From an uncultured Beijerinckiaceae bacterium (GTDB taxonomy: Bacteria > Pseudomonadota > Alphaproteobacteria > Rhizobiales > Beijerinckiaceae): a stretch of 64,000 nucleotides of DNA. Positions 10,715 to 20,106 of the stretch are shown here, one piece after another; position 1 is the first letter of the stretch, and each line of letters starts with the position of its first letter. A program made the position numbers and the translations under genes. Location: positions 383-64,382 of the forward strand of contig CAXTMA010000001.1 of assembly GCA_964245015.1 (NCBI GenBank). The letters run 5' to 3'. Below the pieces are notes generated by a model. The model was not told where the DNA came from. It saw nothing but the letters and a program-made list of their open reading frames with translations, and did no database searches.

Positions 10715-11965
10715 ATGTCCAAACCGCTCGAAGGCATCAAGATCATCGATTTCACCCATGTGCAGGCCGGTCCGGCGTGCACGCAGATGCTGGCTTGGTT
10801 CGGCGCTGACGTCATCAAGGTCGAGCGTCCCGGCGCCGGCGACGTCACCCGCACCCAGCTGCGCCACGTCGAGGACGCGGACGCGCTGTACTTCACCATG
10901 CTCAACTCCAACAAGCGCTCGCTGACGCTGGATACCAAGACGCCGCTGGGCAAGGAAGTCCTGGAAAAGATGATCAGGGAGTCCGACGTGATGGTCGAGA
11001 ACTTCGGCCCCGGCGCGCTCGATCGCATGGGCTTTTCCTGGGCCCATATCCAGGAGCTGAACCCCGGCATGATCCTGGCCTCGGTGAAGGGCTTCTCGGA
11101 CGGCCACCACTACGAGGACCTCAAGGTCTACGAGAACGTGGCGCAGTGCGCCGGCGGCGCCGCCTCCACCACCGGCTTCTGGGATGGTCCCCCGACCGTC
11201 AGCGCCGCGGCGCTGGGCGACTCCAACACCGGCATGCACCTCGCCATCGGCATCCTCACCGCGCTGCGCGGGCGCGACAAGACCGGCAAGGGCCAGAAGG
11301 TCGCCGTGTCGATGCAGGACTCCGTGCTCAACCTGTGCCGCGTCAAGTTGCGCGACCAGCAGCGCCTCGATGCGCTGGGCTACCTCGAAGAATATCCGCA
11401 GTACCCTCACGGCGAGTTCACGGACGTGGTGCCGCGCGGCGGCAACGCCGGCGGCGGCGGCCAGCCCGGCTGGGTGCTGAAGTGCAAGGGCTGGGAGCAC
11501 GATCCCAACGCCTACATCTACTTCACCATCCAGGGCCATGCATGGGCGCCGATCTGCCGGGCGCTGGGCAAGCCGGAGTGGATCGAGGACCCGAACTACA
11601 ACACGGCCCGCGCCCGTCAGGACAAGATCTTCGACATCTTCACCTTCATCGAAGGTTGGCTGGCCGACAAGACCAAGTTCGAGGCGGTGGACATCCTGCG
11701 CAAGTTCGACATCCCCTGCTCGCCCGTGCTGTCGATGAAGGAACTCGCCGTCGACCCGTCGCTGCGCGCCAGCGGCACCGTGGTCGAGGTGCCCCATCCC
11801 AAGCTCGGCTCGTACCTGACGATCGGAAGCCCGATCAAGTTCTCGGACATGAAGGTCGACGTCAAATCCTCGCCCCTGCTCGGCGAGCACACCGATGAGG
11901 TGCTGAGCGGGCTCGGCTACACGGCCCAGCAGATCGAGGAACTGCATCAGGCCAAGGCCGTCTGA
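10715..11965 (+). CDS. frc: formyl-CoA transferase paralog (type III CoA-transferase)
   Basis: 416 aa from [46 protein letters not shown]. Collinear with the first frc throughout. The ORF track start at 10700 is five codons upstream. Confidence 0.9.
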   Translation: MSKPLEGIKIIDFTHVQAGPACTQMLAWFGADVIKVERPGAGDVTRTQLRHVEDADALYFTMLNSNKRSLTLDTKTPLGKEVLEKMIRESDVMVENFGPGALDRMGFSWAHIQELNPGMILASVKGFSDGHHYEDLKVYENVAQCAGGAASTTGFWDGPPTVSAAALGDSNTGMHLAIGILTALRGRDKTGKGQKVAVSMQDSVLNLCRVKLRDQQRLDALGYLEEYPQYPHGEFTDVVPRGGNAGGGGQPGWVLKCKGWEHDPNAYIYFTIQGHAWAPICRALGKPEWIEDPNYNTARARQDKIFDIFTFIEGWLADKTKFEAVDILRKFDIPCSPVLSMKELAVDPSLRASGTVVEVPHPKLGSYLTIGSPIKFSDMKVDVKSSPLLGEHTDEVLSGLGYTAQQIEELHQAKAV

Positions 11966-11978
11966 TCGGCTGACCGAA

Positions 11979-12009
11979 GGAGCAGGCCGTCGGGGTGACG
12001 GCCTGCTCC
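11979..12009. terminator. 13-bp perfect hairpin GGAGCAGGCCGTC-ggggt-GACGGCCTGCTCC between convergent frc2 and gntR
   Basis: Perfect stem with a 5-nt loop, 14 nt after the frc2 stop. No clear U-tract. Could serve both convergent genes. Confidence 0.45.
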
Positions 12010-12094
12010 GATCGCGGGGCATCGGCGCGCGTTGGCGCCGGCCCTTTATCGCACGCCGCGGCCGGCGGCGGGTCGGACCCGTCCGCCGAGCGTG

Positions 12095-12784
12095 TCAGAC
12101 GTCTTCCAGGTGTTCCTGCATGTGGGCGGACAGGCCCAGCGCATGGCTGCGGACGAGGTATTCCGCCAGGCTGCTGTCCCTTTGCTCCAGCGCGTTGATG
12201 ATCTCCTGGTGTTCCCTGGCCGATCGGATCACCCTGTCGCCCTGTCGGATCGCGAGGCTCCTGATTCCGCGGACGTGCATGAACAGGTTGCTCGTCATGT
12301 CGGAGATCACCTGACATTGTCCGAACGACACGATCATCTGGTGAAAACGGATGTTGGCGTGGGAATAATCATCGATCGTCTTGCAGGGCGCCCGTTCGTA
12401 GAATTCGGGAAACGTCGTCCGCAGGGAGCTTAGCTGTTCGTCGCTGGCATTGGCACAGGCTAGGCGCGCCGCCATGCTTTCCAGCGCCGCCCAGGCGTAG
12501 ATCATCCCGACGATCTCCGCCTTGGTCTTGCGGACGACGAACACGCCCCGGCGAGGTTCGGAGCGCACGAAGCCCTCCTGTTCGAGAACGGTCAGGGCTT
12601 CGCGCACGGGGGTTCGGCTGACGCCGAGTTCGGCCGAAAGCTTGCGCTCGTCGAGCCTGAGTTCGTCGAGGCTGCCATAGATGTCGAGCTTCGAGATCGC
12701 GTTCTTGAGCGAAACGTAGGCCAGATCGCGAAGGCTGCTGTTGACCTTGACTGGTTCGATCCCAAGCTCCGGCTTTCTGGTCAT
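12095..12784 (-). CDS. GntR family transcriptional regulator with FCD (FadR C-terminal) domain
   Basis: Start at MTRKPELGIEP... (ATG 12784) inside ORF 12095-12982. Winged HTH: LRDLAYVSLKNAI...ERKLSAELGVSRTPVREALTVLEQEGFV. Helical FCD-like C-terminal half. Confidence 0.85.
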   Translation of the reverse strand: MTRKPELGIEPVKVNSSLRDLAYVSLKNAISKLDIYGSLDELRLDERKLSAELGVSRTPVREALTVLEQEGFVRSEPRRGVFVVRKTKAEIVGMIYAWAALESMAARLACANASDEQLSSLRTTFPEFYERAPCKTIDDYSHANIRFHQMIVSFGQCQVISDMTSNLFMHVRGIRSLAIRQGDRVIRSAREHQEIINALEQRDSSLAEYLVRSHALGLSAHMQEHLEDV

Positions 12785-13332
12785 TGATCCTTTCCTGCTC
12801 CCCGCCCGAGCGGAGCGCCGCTGCCCGCGCGGGTTGCTGTGCGATCCGAAGCTCCATCCTATAGGCAATTCCGTCGACAGATCCCACGTCGAAACCGGGA
12901 AGGTTGACGCAAAAGCAATGCTTGCTTGCCGCTTCAAATGCGAATGGACGACCGGATCGACGAGTGCAGCTCGGAAAGGCACACCGGACAGCCGTCGCCG
13001 GATAGCAACCGGAGAGATAAGCGGCGGCTTTGAACGATCCGACGCGGATCAGTGGCTTCGGGTACCGGGCCGGCGCAGCGGCCCCAGCGACATGGATGTC
13101 GCGGGCCAAGACCGGCGGCGGCGTACCCTGCATCGCGACGATCCCGGCCAGCTCCGCCCGGTCGCTCCGCAGCCAGGTGTCCCGATCGGCCGGCATGGAT
13201 CGCGCCTTCGCGGCAAGCTCATCGAGCACCGTCGCGGCCGGCAGATCAACCACGGTGTGTCCTTCTGTCTCGTCTGCAACGAAAGCGAAATGGCACCGTT
13301 CCGCCCGCGATCTCCTCACGCGGCTCAAGAGG

Positions 13333-13473
13333 GTGCGGCCGACGCCTGATCTGCAGCGGCGGGATCGGGCGGAGGAGGTCGCGGCGATGGTGGTCTTCCT
13401 GCTGTCGCAGCAGGCGAGTTTCGTCAACGGCGCGAACTACCGCGTGGACGGCGGTCCGGTAGCAATGATCTGA
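13333..13473 (+). pseudogene. C-terminal remnant of a short-chain dehydrogenase/reductase (SDR)
   Basis: Only the last ~45 codons of ORF 13030-13473 look like a protein. PDLQRRDRAEEVAAMVVFLLSQQASFVNGANYRVDGG is the classic SDR tail. No Rossmann TGxxxGxG or YxxxK region lies upstream in any frame. Confidence 0.45.
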
Positions 13474-13585
13474 AGTGCCGCGCGGTTTTGCGATCAAAAC
13501 CTGCGGCTTGTCAGAAAGCGAAGCGGGTGAAGCGTTGGCCACCCAACGCGAACCTGCTGAGCCCATCAATGGGAGGAGAACGGCG

Positions 13586-13945
13586 ATGGATGATGCCGAG
13601 CGCAAGCAGATCGGCGAAGACTTCGCGGCCGTCGTCAACATGACGCCGGCGCGCTTGGACAAATGGCTGGACAGCGAGGATTCCCGATCCGTCGGCTACG
13701 TCGATGGCCAGAACAAGTCGGGTTCCGGCGGCAAGGAGGCCGTGGGCCACGCCGCCGGGCGACGTATCGTCGAGATCAAGCACAAGAAGAAGTCGGAGCT
13801 GACAGACGACGACTACGCGCACATGAAGAAGGTCGTCGGCTACGTCCATCGGCACATGGCACAAAAGCCGAGCGGCGACAGCAAGGACTCGCGATGGCGT
13901 CACTCCCTGATGAACTGGGGCCATGATCCCGAATTGGCTGACTGA
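13586..13945 (+). CDS. DUF3140-like small protein
   Basis: ATG 13586 preceded by GGGAGGAG. MDDAERKQIGEDFAAVVNMTPARLDKWLDSEDSRSVG...HMKKVVGYVHRHMAQKP resembles the DUF3140 family as I recall it. Confidence 0.65.
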   Translation: MDDAERKQIGEDFAAVVNMTPARLDKWLDSEDSRSVGYVDGQNKSGSGGKEAVGHAAGRRIVEIKHKKKSELTDDDYAHMKKVVGYVHRHMAQKPSGDSKDSRWRHSLMNWGHDPELAD

Positions 13946-14151
13946 GCCCGCGCCGGGTGGACGCTCGTCCGGCGGACCGGAGCGGCCGGCGGGATGTGCG
14001 TCGCACCGCGAATGGAAACATCTTTTGTCGCAAACCATCCGCTCCCTCGCCACCGCGACCGGTGCGTTCGCCGGCATCGGCCATCGGTTCGCAGCCGCCG
14101 CGCGCGGGATCGAGGGCGTGAGGTTTCGCGATCTGATGCTGGATCGGGCCG

Positions 14152-15534
14152 ATGCCGGCGCGGTTGGCTGACATGGCCAAGGTGATCGAACCCGGGCAGC
14201 CGAGATCACGCGGCTTGGTGCGGGTCGACGTGGCGAGCATGCTGCGGGTCTTCGCCGGCGTGGTTCTGCCGGTGATCGCCAAGGGCGCGCTGATCCGGCG
14301 CCCGACGATGGTGACCCTGGCGGCCCGGTTCGCACTCGACGCGCGTGCCGTGCGGATCCTCCAGCACCTGCGACGCACCTATGGTGACGGACCGCTGCTG
14401 CTGCCGTTTCCGGGCCGCCGGCAAGCCATCCTGCTCGCGCCCGAGCACGTGCACCGCGTCCTGATCGACGAGCCCGAGCTTTTCACGTCGTCGACCTGGG
14501 AGAAGCGTGCGGCGCTCGCCCACTTCGAGCCGCGGACGTCGCTGATCTCAAGTCCGCCCGAACGGGAGCCGCGTCGGCGGTTCCATGACGAGGTGCTCGA
14601 AAGCGGTCGTCCTGCGCATTCCCTAGGGGGCACCGTCGCGACGGTCGCAGGCGAGGAGGTCGAGACGCTGCTCGCCCGCGCGGGCACAACGCTGCGCTGG
14701 GGCGACTTCACCCACGCCTGGCATCGCACCATGCGCCGCATCATCCTGGGCGATGCCGCGGCGGACGACGACGAACTGACGGACATGCTGGCTCGCCTGC
14801 GGGCGGCGGGCAACTGGGCCTTCCTGCATCCGCAGCGCCGGCGGCTTCGCCAGCGCTTCCGCGAGCGCCTGGTGAACCACTTGGCGCGCGCGGCACCGGC
14901 GAGCCTCGCGGCCGGCATCGCCCGACGTTGCGACGCCGCCGACCCCATCGATCAGGTCACGCAATGGCTGTTCGCGACCGATGCCGCCGGGATCGCGACC
15001 TACCGCGCACTCGCGCTGATCGCGACCGCACCCGGCGCCCTCGCGAGCGCCCGCGGCGAGGATCGCGGCGTCGATGCGGCGGCCCAAGCCGACGAGCGGC
15101 CGTTCACGCGCGCCTGCCTCCTCGAAGCGCTGCGCCTTTGGCCGACCACGCCCGCGATCCTGCGCGAAACCACGGCGCCGAGCGAATGGGAGGGTGGCAC
15201 GATGCCGGCCGGCACGCTGGTTCTCGTGTTCCTGCCCTTTTTCCATCGCGACGGGGAGCGCCTGCCGCAAGCGCATCGCTTCGTGCCCGAGTTGTGGCAG
15301 ACGCCGCGCGACGAGCGGGACTGGCCGCTGATCCCGTTCAGCGAGGGTCCGGCCGGCTGCCCCGGGCGCAACCTCATGCTGCTCGCGGCGAGCGCGACGA
15401 TCGCCGCCCTGCTGCACCGGCGTTCTCTCGCTTTGGATCAGGCGACCCTTCTCGACGCGAACCGCCCGCTGACCGGTACCCTCGACCATTTCCGCCTGTC
15501 CTTCACGGTCGAGCGTCGTGTCGCCTGTCGATAG
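14152..15534 (+). CDS. cytochrome P450
   Basis: 460 aa. Haem-thiolate loop FSEGPAGCPGRNLMLL (FxxGxxxCxG) and ExxR in LEALRLWP. Confidence 0.85.
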   Translation: MPARLADMAKVIEPGQPRSRGLVRVDVASMLRVFAGVVLPVIAKGALIRRPTMVTLAARFALDARAVRILQHLRRTYGDGPLLLPFPGRRQAILLAPEHVHRVLIDEPELFTSSTWEKRAALAHFEPRTSLISSPPEREPRRRFHDEVLESGRPAHSLGGTVATVAGEEVETLLARAGTTLRWGDFTHAWHRTMRRIILGDAAADDDELTDMLARLRAAGNWAFLHPQRRRLRQRFRERLVNHLARAAPASLAAGIARRCDAADPIDQVTQWLFATDAAGIATYRALALIATAPGALASARGEDRGVDAAAQADERPFTRACLLEALRLWPTTPAILRETTAPSEWEGGTMPAGTLVLVFLPFFHRDGERLPQAHRFVPELWQTPRDERDWPLIPFSEGPAGCPGRNLMLLAASATIAALLHRRSLALDQATLLDANRPLTGTLDHFRLSFTVERRVACR

Positions 15535-15811
15535 GCCCGATGCTGAGCACGCCTGCGCAGCCTTGCTCGCCAAGGCGTCTGCCTTTGCCAAAAAGTGCGA
15601 GAACGGAAAGCCCCCGCCGCCGGACGTCGCCTTTGCCCAGATCGACACGCGCTGATTTTTCGACCCGCTCGCCTCCTCGGTTGACGATCAGGCGGCAACG
15701 GGCGCATCGGCAACCCTGCGCCCCTGGTCGGTGCGAGAGGCGCTGTTCGGCAAGTGTCGGGCAGGTGTCGGCGAAGCGGGATCAACTGTTCATTGAAGGA
15801 AAGGGTAGGAC

Positions 15812-16744
15812 ATGACGGTCATCGACACGGTGCTCGGCATCGCAGGGAACGATCGCCGCGCTGCGACGCGCGCCGAGACGGCACTGCTCGACGTGGAGTT
15901 CCTCGACGACGGGCCGCGCGACGCACCGGTCGTCGTGCTCCTTCATGGCTGGCCGGATGATCCCTCGACCTGGGCGGCCGTGATCCCGGCTTTGAACGCC
16001 GCGGGGCTGCGGACCGTCACGCCGAACCTGCGCGGCTTCGGCGGCACGCGCTTCCGCGACGACGCGACACCTCGCACGGGGAACTCGGGCGTTCTCGCGC
16101 TGGACGCGGTCGACCTCATGGACGCGCTCGGGATCCACCGTGTCTTCGTCGCGGGTCATGATTGGGGTTCGAATGCGGCGGAAGCACTCGCGGTCGGCTG
16201 GCCCGAGCGGGTGCCGAAGATCGCGATGCTGTCGACCCCCTCACGCCTGGGCGGGATGCCGACCCCGCCGTTCCGGCAATGCCAACGCCAGTGGTACCAC
16301 TGGTTTCAAGCGACGGCGCGCGGGGCGAAGGCGGTGCGCGACGATCCCAAGGGCTTCGCGCGCATCATGTGGGACAACTGGAGCCCACCCGGCTGGTACG
16401 ACGAGGCGACCTTTGACGCCGTGGCCGAAGCCTGGAGAAACCCGGACTGGGCCGAGGTCACGATCCACTCCTATCGCGCCCGTTGGGACGAAGCGGACCC
16501 GGACCCTCGGTCGGCCGCGCTGGAGCGAAAGATCAAGGACACGAAGCGGATCGCGACGCCGACGATCTTTATCAGCGGCGCGCTGGACGGCGTGAACCCG
16601 CCCGAAGCCGCCAAGGATGTTCCGGGCAAGTTCTCGGGCCCATTCGAGGCCGTGTTGCTCGACGGCGTCGGGCATTTCCCGACACGGGAAGCGCCGGACA
16701 TCGTCGCGGCGGCTTTGATCAGACATTTCAGCCAAGGCTCGTAG
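15812..16744 (+). CDS. alpha/beta hydrolase, epoxide hydrolase/haloalkane dehalogenase-like
   Basis: 310 aa. Oxyanion HGWP (VVVLLHGWPDD), nucleophile elbow GHDWGS, C-terminal GHFPTREAP. Confidence 0.85.
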   Translation: MTVIDTVLGIAGNDRRAATRAETALLDVEFLDDGPRDAPVVVLLHGWPDDPSTWAAVIPALNAAGLRTVTPNLRGFGGTRFRDDATPRTGNSGVLALDAVDLMDALGIHRVFVAGHDWGSNAAEALAVGWPERVPKIAMLSTPSRLGGMPTPPFRQCQRQWYHWFQATARGAKAVRDDPKGFARIMWDNWSPPGWYDEATFDAVAEAWRNPDWAEVTIHSYRARWDEADPDPRSAALERKIKDTKRIATPTIFISGALDGVNPPEAAKDVPGKFSGPFEAVLLDGVGHFPTREAPDIVAAALIRHFSQGS

Positions 16745-16943
16745 GCCAAGGCTCGCAGATCAGGCCTCGCGCACGTGGGAGGACGTCTCCGATGACCGCA
16801 ACTGATCGATGTACGGCGGTCAGCCCGTTGGTGCGACGGCGGGCATGTCTGTCCCAGCGATCAGTCTTTGGGCGAAGCCGATCCGTTCGCGACGAGACCG
16901 TTGCGGCACGACGGCTGGTCCGGCCTTTCGGCGCCGGGCACGA

Positions 16944-18437
16944 TCATGCAGGCACGTCCTCGATCGACGCTGGCTCCCGCAGCGGCACGCCGTCGGACGT
17001 CCGGCGCAGGCGGGACATCGCGGGATAGGCACGCAGCCGTGCCCGCATGATCGAACCGAGCGGCCGATGGTCAGCGAGGCTATGCGATACGCAGAAGGAG
17101 AGACTATCCACGTAGGCCCGTCGTGCCGGGCTGAAGGCGTCCTGCCTCGACAGGCGCAGCCGCGCCACGGTGCGATAGGGGCTCTCCTCCTCCGGCCACT
17201 CCACGCTGGCATCCTCCACCGGCATGGTCTTGAGATCGGTGCAAAGCTGCACCCGGATCTCGAATTCGGCGTCGTGCGCGTTGAGGTAGCCGACCGTGGC
17301 GGTCCGCAGCGCATTGGGATCGTCGCGGTCGACCGGTGTCTCGGCGAGCGCTCGCTGGGCGGGTGCCACGGGCACGACGGCGAGCTTGGCCACGTAGTCG
17401 CCGTAGCGGATCGGCGCCTGCGTGAAATACGCCTCCGCCATCGGATGGACCCGGCTGTGGCCGAAGAAGTCCAGGGTCGGGCTATCGGCGCCGAAGCGGT
17501 GCAGCGCCTTGTTGCCGGCCCGCGACACCGTTGACACCGCCGCCTTGATGGCATCGGGGATCTTCGGCGCGTGTTCCAGCAGGCGGTGGTTCATCAGGAA
17601 CTGCGCCGCGGTGCCGGCGGCGAAGCGGTTGCCGGAATCGAGCACGAAATCCTGCGTCGCCTCGGTGTGGCCCGGCAACTTCTCGCCCACCACCGAAAGG
17701 AGCTTCAAGGACAACCCGCGCTGCGTGGCTACGGCGTCATGGTCGATTTCGCCCGGCACGTTGGCGAGACGAACGATGACGGGATAGCGCGCGCCGGGCT
17801 TGAACACGCCCTGGGCAAGCGGTTCCGGCAGGTCGTCCGCAACGGTGAGTTCACCGATCGCGGCGCCGTGCGCCTTGGCATGCGAGACCCGCACCGCTCC
17901 GCCGAGCTTCGCGCGGTTGCGCTCGTGCAGGCGGAGGGTGGAGGCGAGGATCGCGTCGATCGTCCGATATTCGTCGGCGGGGATCTGCTCGACTTCGTCG
18001 CTGTAGCGAACGAAGGTCGCGGACGGCTTGATGGGATGAGGCGCCGGCGCCGGCGTGTATTCGGCCGTCTCGCGGCTTGGTGGGCGGCGGACGTGGAGCG
18101 CGTCCAGCGCCACGACCGGGGCCACCGCCGCGGTCGCCAGCATCGCGCGTTGCCGCCGCGGATTGTCGGCGCTCATGCCCTTGGAGAGCAGCAGGCTGTC
18201 GAGGACATCGCCCGCGACCCGCGTCCACAGCCAAGCCTGCGGATCCTTGGCTGCAAGGATGAGCGCACCCGAGGCGATCTCGCGGATCCCGAACAGCTGC
18301 AGCAGCCGTTCGTGCCCTTGCAGCCCGGTCGCACGCGCGACGGCGCGGGGCGCCAGCAGTTCAGCGACACCAAGACCGATGCCGAACCAGGCCAACCCCC
18401 GCGCGACGTTTCGAGACGTCATGGCCATCGTCGACAC
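16944..18437 (-). CDS. catalase-related haem protein with N-terminal membrane domain
   Basis: 497 aa. The first ~110 residues are hydrophobic helices (LAWFGIGLGVAELLAP, IASGALILAA, AMLATAAVAPVVALDAL). The rest is a catalase-like core with distal His (VRVSHAKAHGAAIGELTV) and proximal Tyr context (RARLRAYPAMSRLRR). Confidence 0.75.
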   Translation of the reverse strand: MSTMAMTSRNVARGLAWFGIGLGVAELLAPRAVARATGLQGHERLLQLFGIREIASGALILAAKDPQAWLWTRVAGDVLDSLLLSKGMSADNPRRQRAMLATAAVAPVVALDALHVRRPPSRETAEYTPAPAPHPIKPSATFVRYSDEVEQIPADEYRTIDAILASTLRLHERNRAKLGGAVRVSHAKAHGAAIGELTVADDLPEPLAQGVFKPGARYPVIVRLANVPGEIDHDAVATQRGLSLKLLSVVGEKLPGHTEATQDFVLDSGNRFAAGTAAQFLMNHRLLEHAPKIPDAIKAAVSTVSRAGNKALHRFGADSPTLDFFGHSRVHPMAEAYFTQAPIRYGDYVAKLAVVPVAPAQRALAETPVDRDDPNALRTATVGYLNAHDAEFEIRVQLCTDLKTMPVEDASVEWPEEESPYRTVARLRLSRQDAFSPARRAYVDSLSFCVSHSLADHRPLGSIMRARLRAYPAMSRLRRTSDGVPLREPASIEDVPA

Positions 18438-18611
18438 CTCTGTGATTGCGGGATGCAGAGTGGCAGACCAACACGAGGCTGGACCGCAGGTTCCTCACGC
18501 GACATTTCCGTGTGCGACGGGCTACGCAGATGAAGCTGCCGGTGATGCGTCGAGACCGAGAGCCACCACTATAGTGCTGCCGAACGCACGTTTTCCGGCG
18601 CGCTCGCAGGA

Positions 18612-19046
18612 TCACATCGCGATCGGCGTTCCGCTCGGAAACCGGCGAGCGGACCCGACTCGGCCGGTCGGGTAGCGGAAAGGGCTCGGCGCCTGGGTGC
18701 CGCTCGTTGATCGGCAGCGCGGGGCGGTCGACGCGCGGCGGAAGCGGGTAGGGAGGGCGAAAGCGATCGGAGACGACGCTTGCCCTGCCTTGCCGTTCAG
18801 CCGAAGCCCGGCAAACGTCAGTGTCGCCGAGCAGACGACGTCGCCGCTCTCATCACGGACCAGCCCCGTGAAGGCTTGCGTATCCCCATCCTTGGGAATC
18901 GCCCAGCGCGCGATCCCGGGCAAGGTCGTTATCGCCTCGACGCAGGCGGCATCGAAGTCCGGCTTGCCGCACGCGTCAGCGGCGTCCGACGCCGCCCGGA
19001 CGAGCTTGGCTTGCGGCGTCCCGCTCTCTTCGTTGAATGGGCGTAC
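18612..19046 (-). other. 144-codon open frame continuing in-frame after the TAG of the FUSC-like gene (possible lost C-terminal domain)
   Basis: Same frame as 19047-19646. VRPFNEESGTPQAKLVRAASDAADACGKPDFDAACVEAITTLPGIARWAIPKDGDTQAFTGLVRDESGDVVCSATLTF... has strongly G/C-biased third positions. No ATG or GTG start before TTG 18923. Confidence 0.3.
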
Positions 19047-19646
19047 CTAATCGTCGTTGCGCTTCACGAGGCCCAGGCGGGTCGCCAACCACACCAAGCT
19101 CGCCGCAACAGCTATGCCCCAGCCGACCTCGGACAGGCGAGAGATCATCATCCGCTGAGGCGAGCCGGTGTGGGGTACAAGAAGGATGATGGTCGTCGTG
19201 ACCGCTGCCAGCCGCTTGGCGCTTTGGACGTTGATGAGCGAGGAGCCCAGAACGGAGATGACGACGGCGAGTGCGTAGCTCCAAAGGCCTTGTCCGACGC
19301 AAACATAGCAGGCCAGGGCGACCACACCGCCGACGGCGGCACCGATGAACTGGTCACGGGCCGTCGAGCGCATCGCCTGATACTCCGTCTGGGCGACGGT
19401 GATCGCGGTGATCGCGCTCCAAAACCCATCCTGCAAGCCGATCGCACGGGTCGGCAAGTAGGCAAGGATCGCCGCCATCACCGACAAGAGCCCGTGCGTG
19501 AGGCCGGCAATTATTTGGGAGCGGAGCGGCGACGCTTCGCACAATTGTTGCACCCGTTTCTTCAAGCGGACGAACTGCTGCCCGTGGATCTCCCTGATCG
19601 ACACTTTCGAACCCCGGGTCCGCCCTGGTACGCGTCCCCCAATCAT
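19047..19646 (-). CDS. FUSC/aromatic-acid-exporter-like membrane protein (short, possibly truncated)
   Basis: C-terminal ~200 codons of ORF 19047-19940. Hydrophobic helices LTHGLLSVMAAILAYL, FWSAITAITVAQ, FIGAAVGGVVALACYV, LWSYALAVVISVLG, AAVTTTIILLV, WGIAVAASLVWLA. Start (ATG 19646) is uncertain. Confidence 0.55.
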   Translation of the reverse strand: MIGGRVPGRTRGSKVSIREIHGQQFVRLKKRVQQLCEASPLRSQIIAGLTHGLLSVMAAILAYLPTRAIGLQDGFWSAITAITVAQTEYQAMRSTARDQFIGAAVGGVVALACYVCVGQGLWSYALAVVISVLGSSLINVQSAKRLAAVTTTIILLVPHTGSPQRMMISRLSEVGWGIAVAASLVWLATRLGLVKRNDD

Positions 19647-20106
19647 CCAGCGGGCTGAAAGGATGCCACACGCGGGGCGATCGACGGTCATGGGTCGCGT
19701 GCTCGGCGGCATCCGAGGGTTGGAATGCAAGGCTTGAGAAGGATGCCTGCAAGGAGCGCGGCGAGGCTCGCGATGGCGACTTTCAGCTGCGGTGGTCGCG
19801 GCCGAGCGTAGGACTCCGGCGCTTCTCCGCGTCACCCAGCGGGTCGGCGACGAGCAGCGCGGCCTAACCGCCAGCAGGCCGAGGGCGACAGGGAACGGCT
19901 CGGGACCGCCGTCCTCGACGTCGTATCGAAGCTCGCTCACGGCCTCACCGCCGTGACGTTAGGCGCCAAAGCATAAAGGACCTTGCCCAGGATCCGATCG
20001 CGCGGATGCCGGCAGGACCGGCCCGGTGGCGGATGACGAGCCGGCCGTGCGCCTGCCGATCATCGCCGTGCCGCCGGTCCGAGGCTCGGCGGCCGACTCC
20101 CGCCGA

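Noticed and set aside
16160-16180. A tRNA T-arm-like GGTTCGAAT string. More generally, I searched for tRNA, rRNA, tmRNA and CRISPR arrays.
   Set aside because: The string lies inside the alpha/beta hydrolase CDS (GHDWGSNAAE) with no acceptor or anticodon arms around it. I saw no regularly spaced direct repeats with unique spacers and no rRNA-like segments anywhere in the window.
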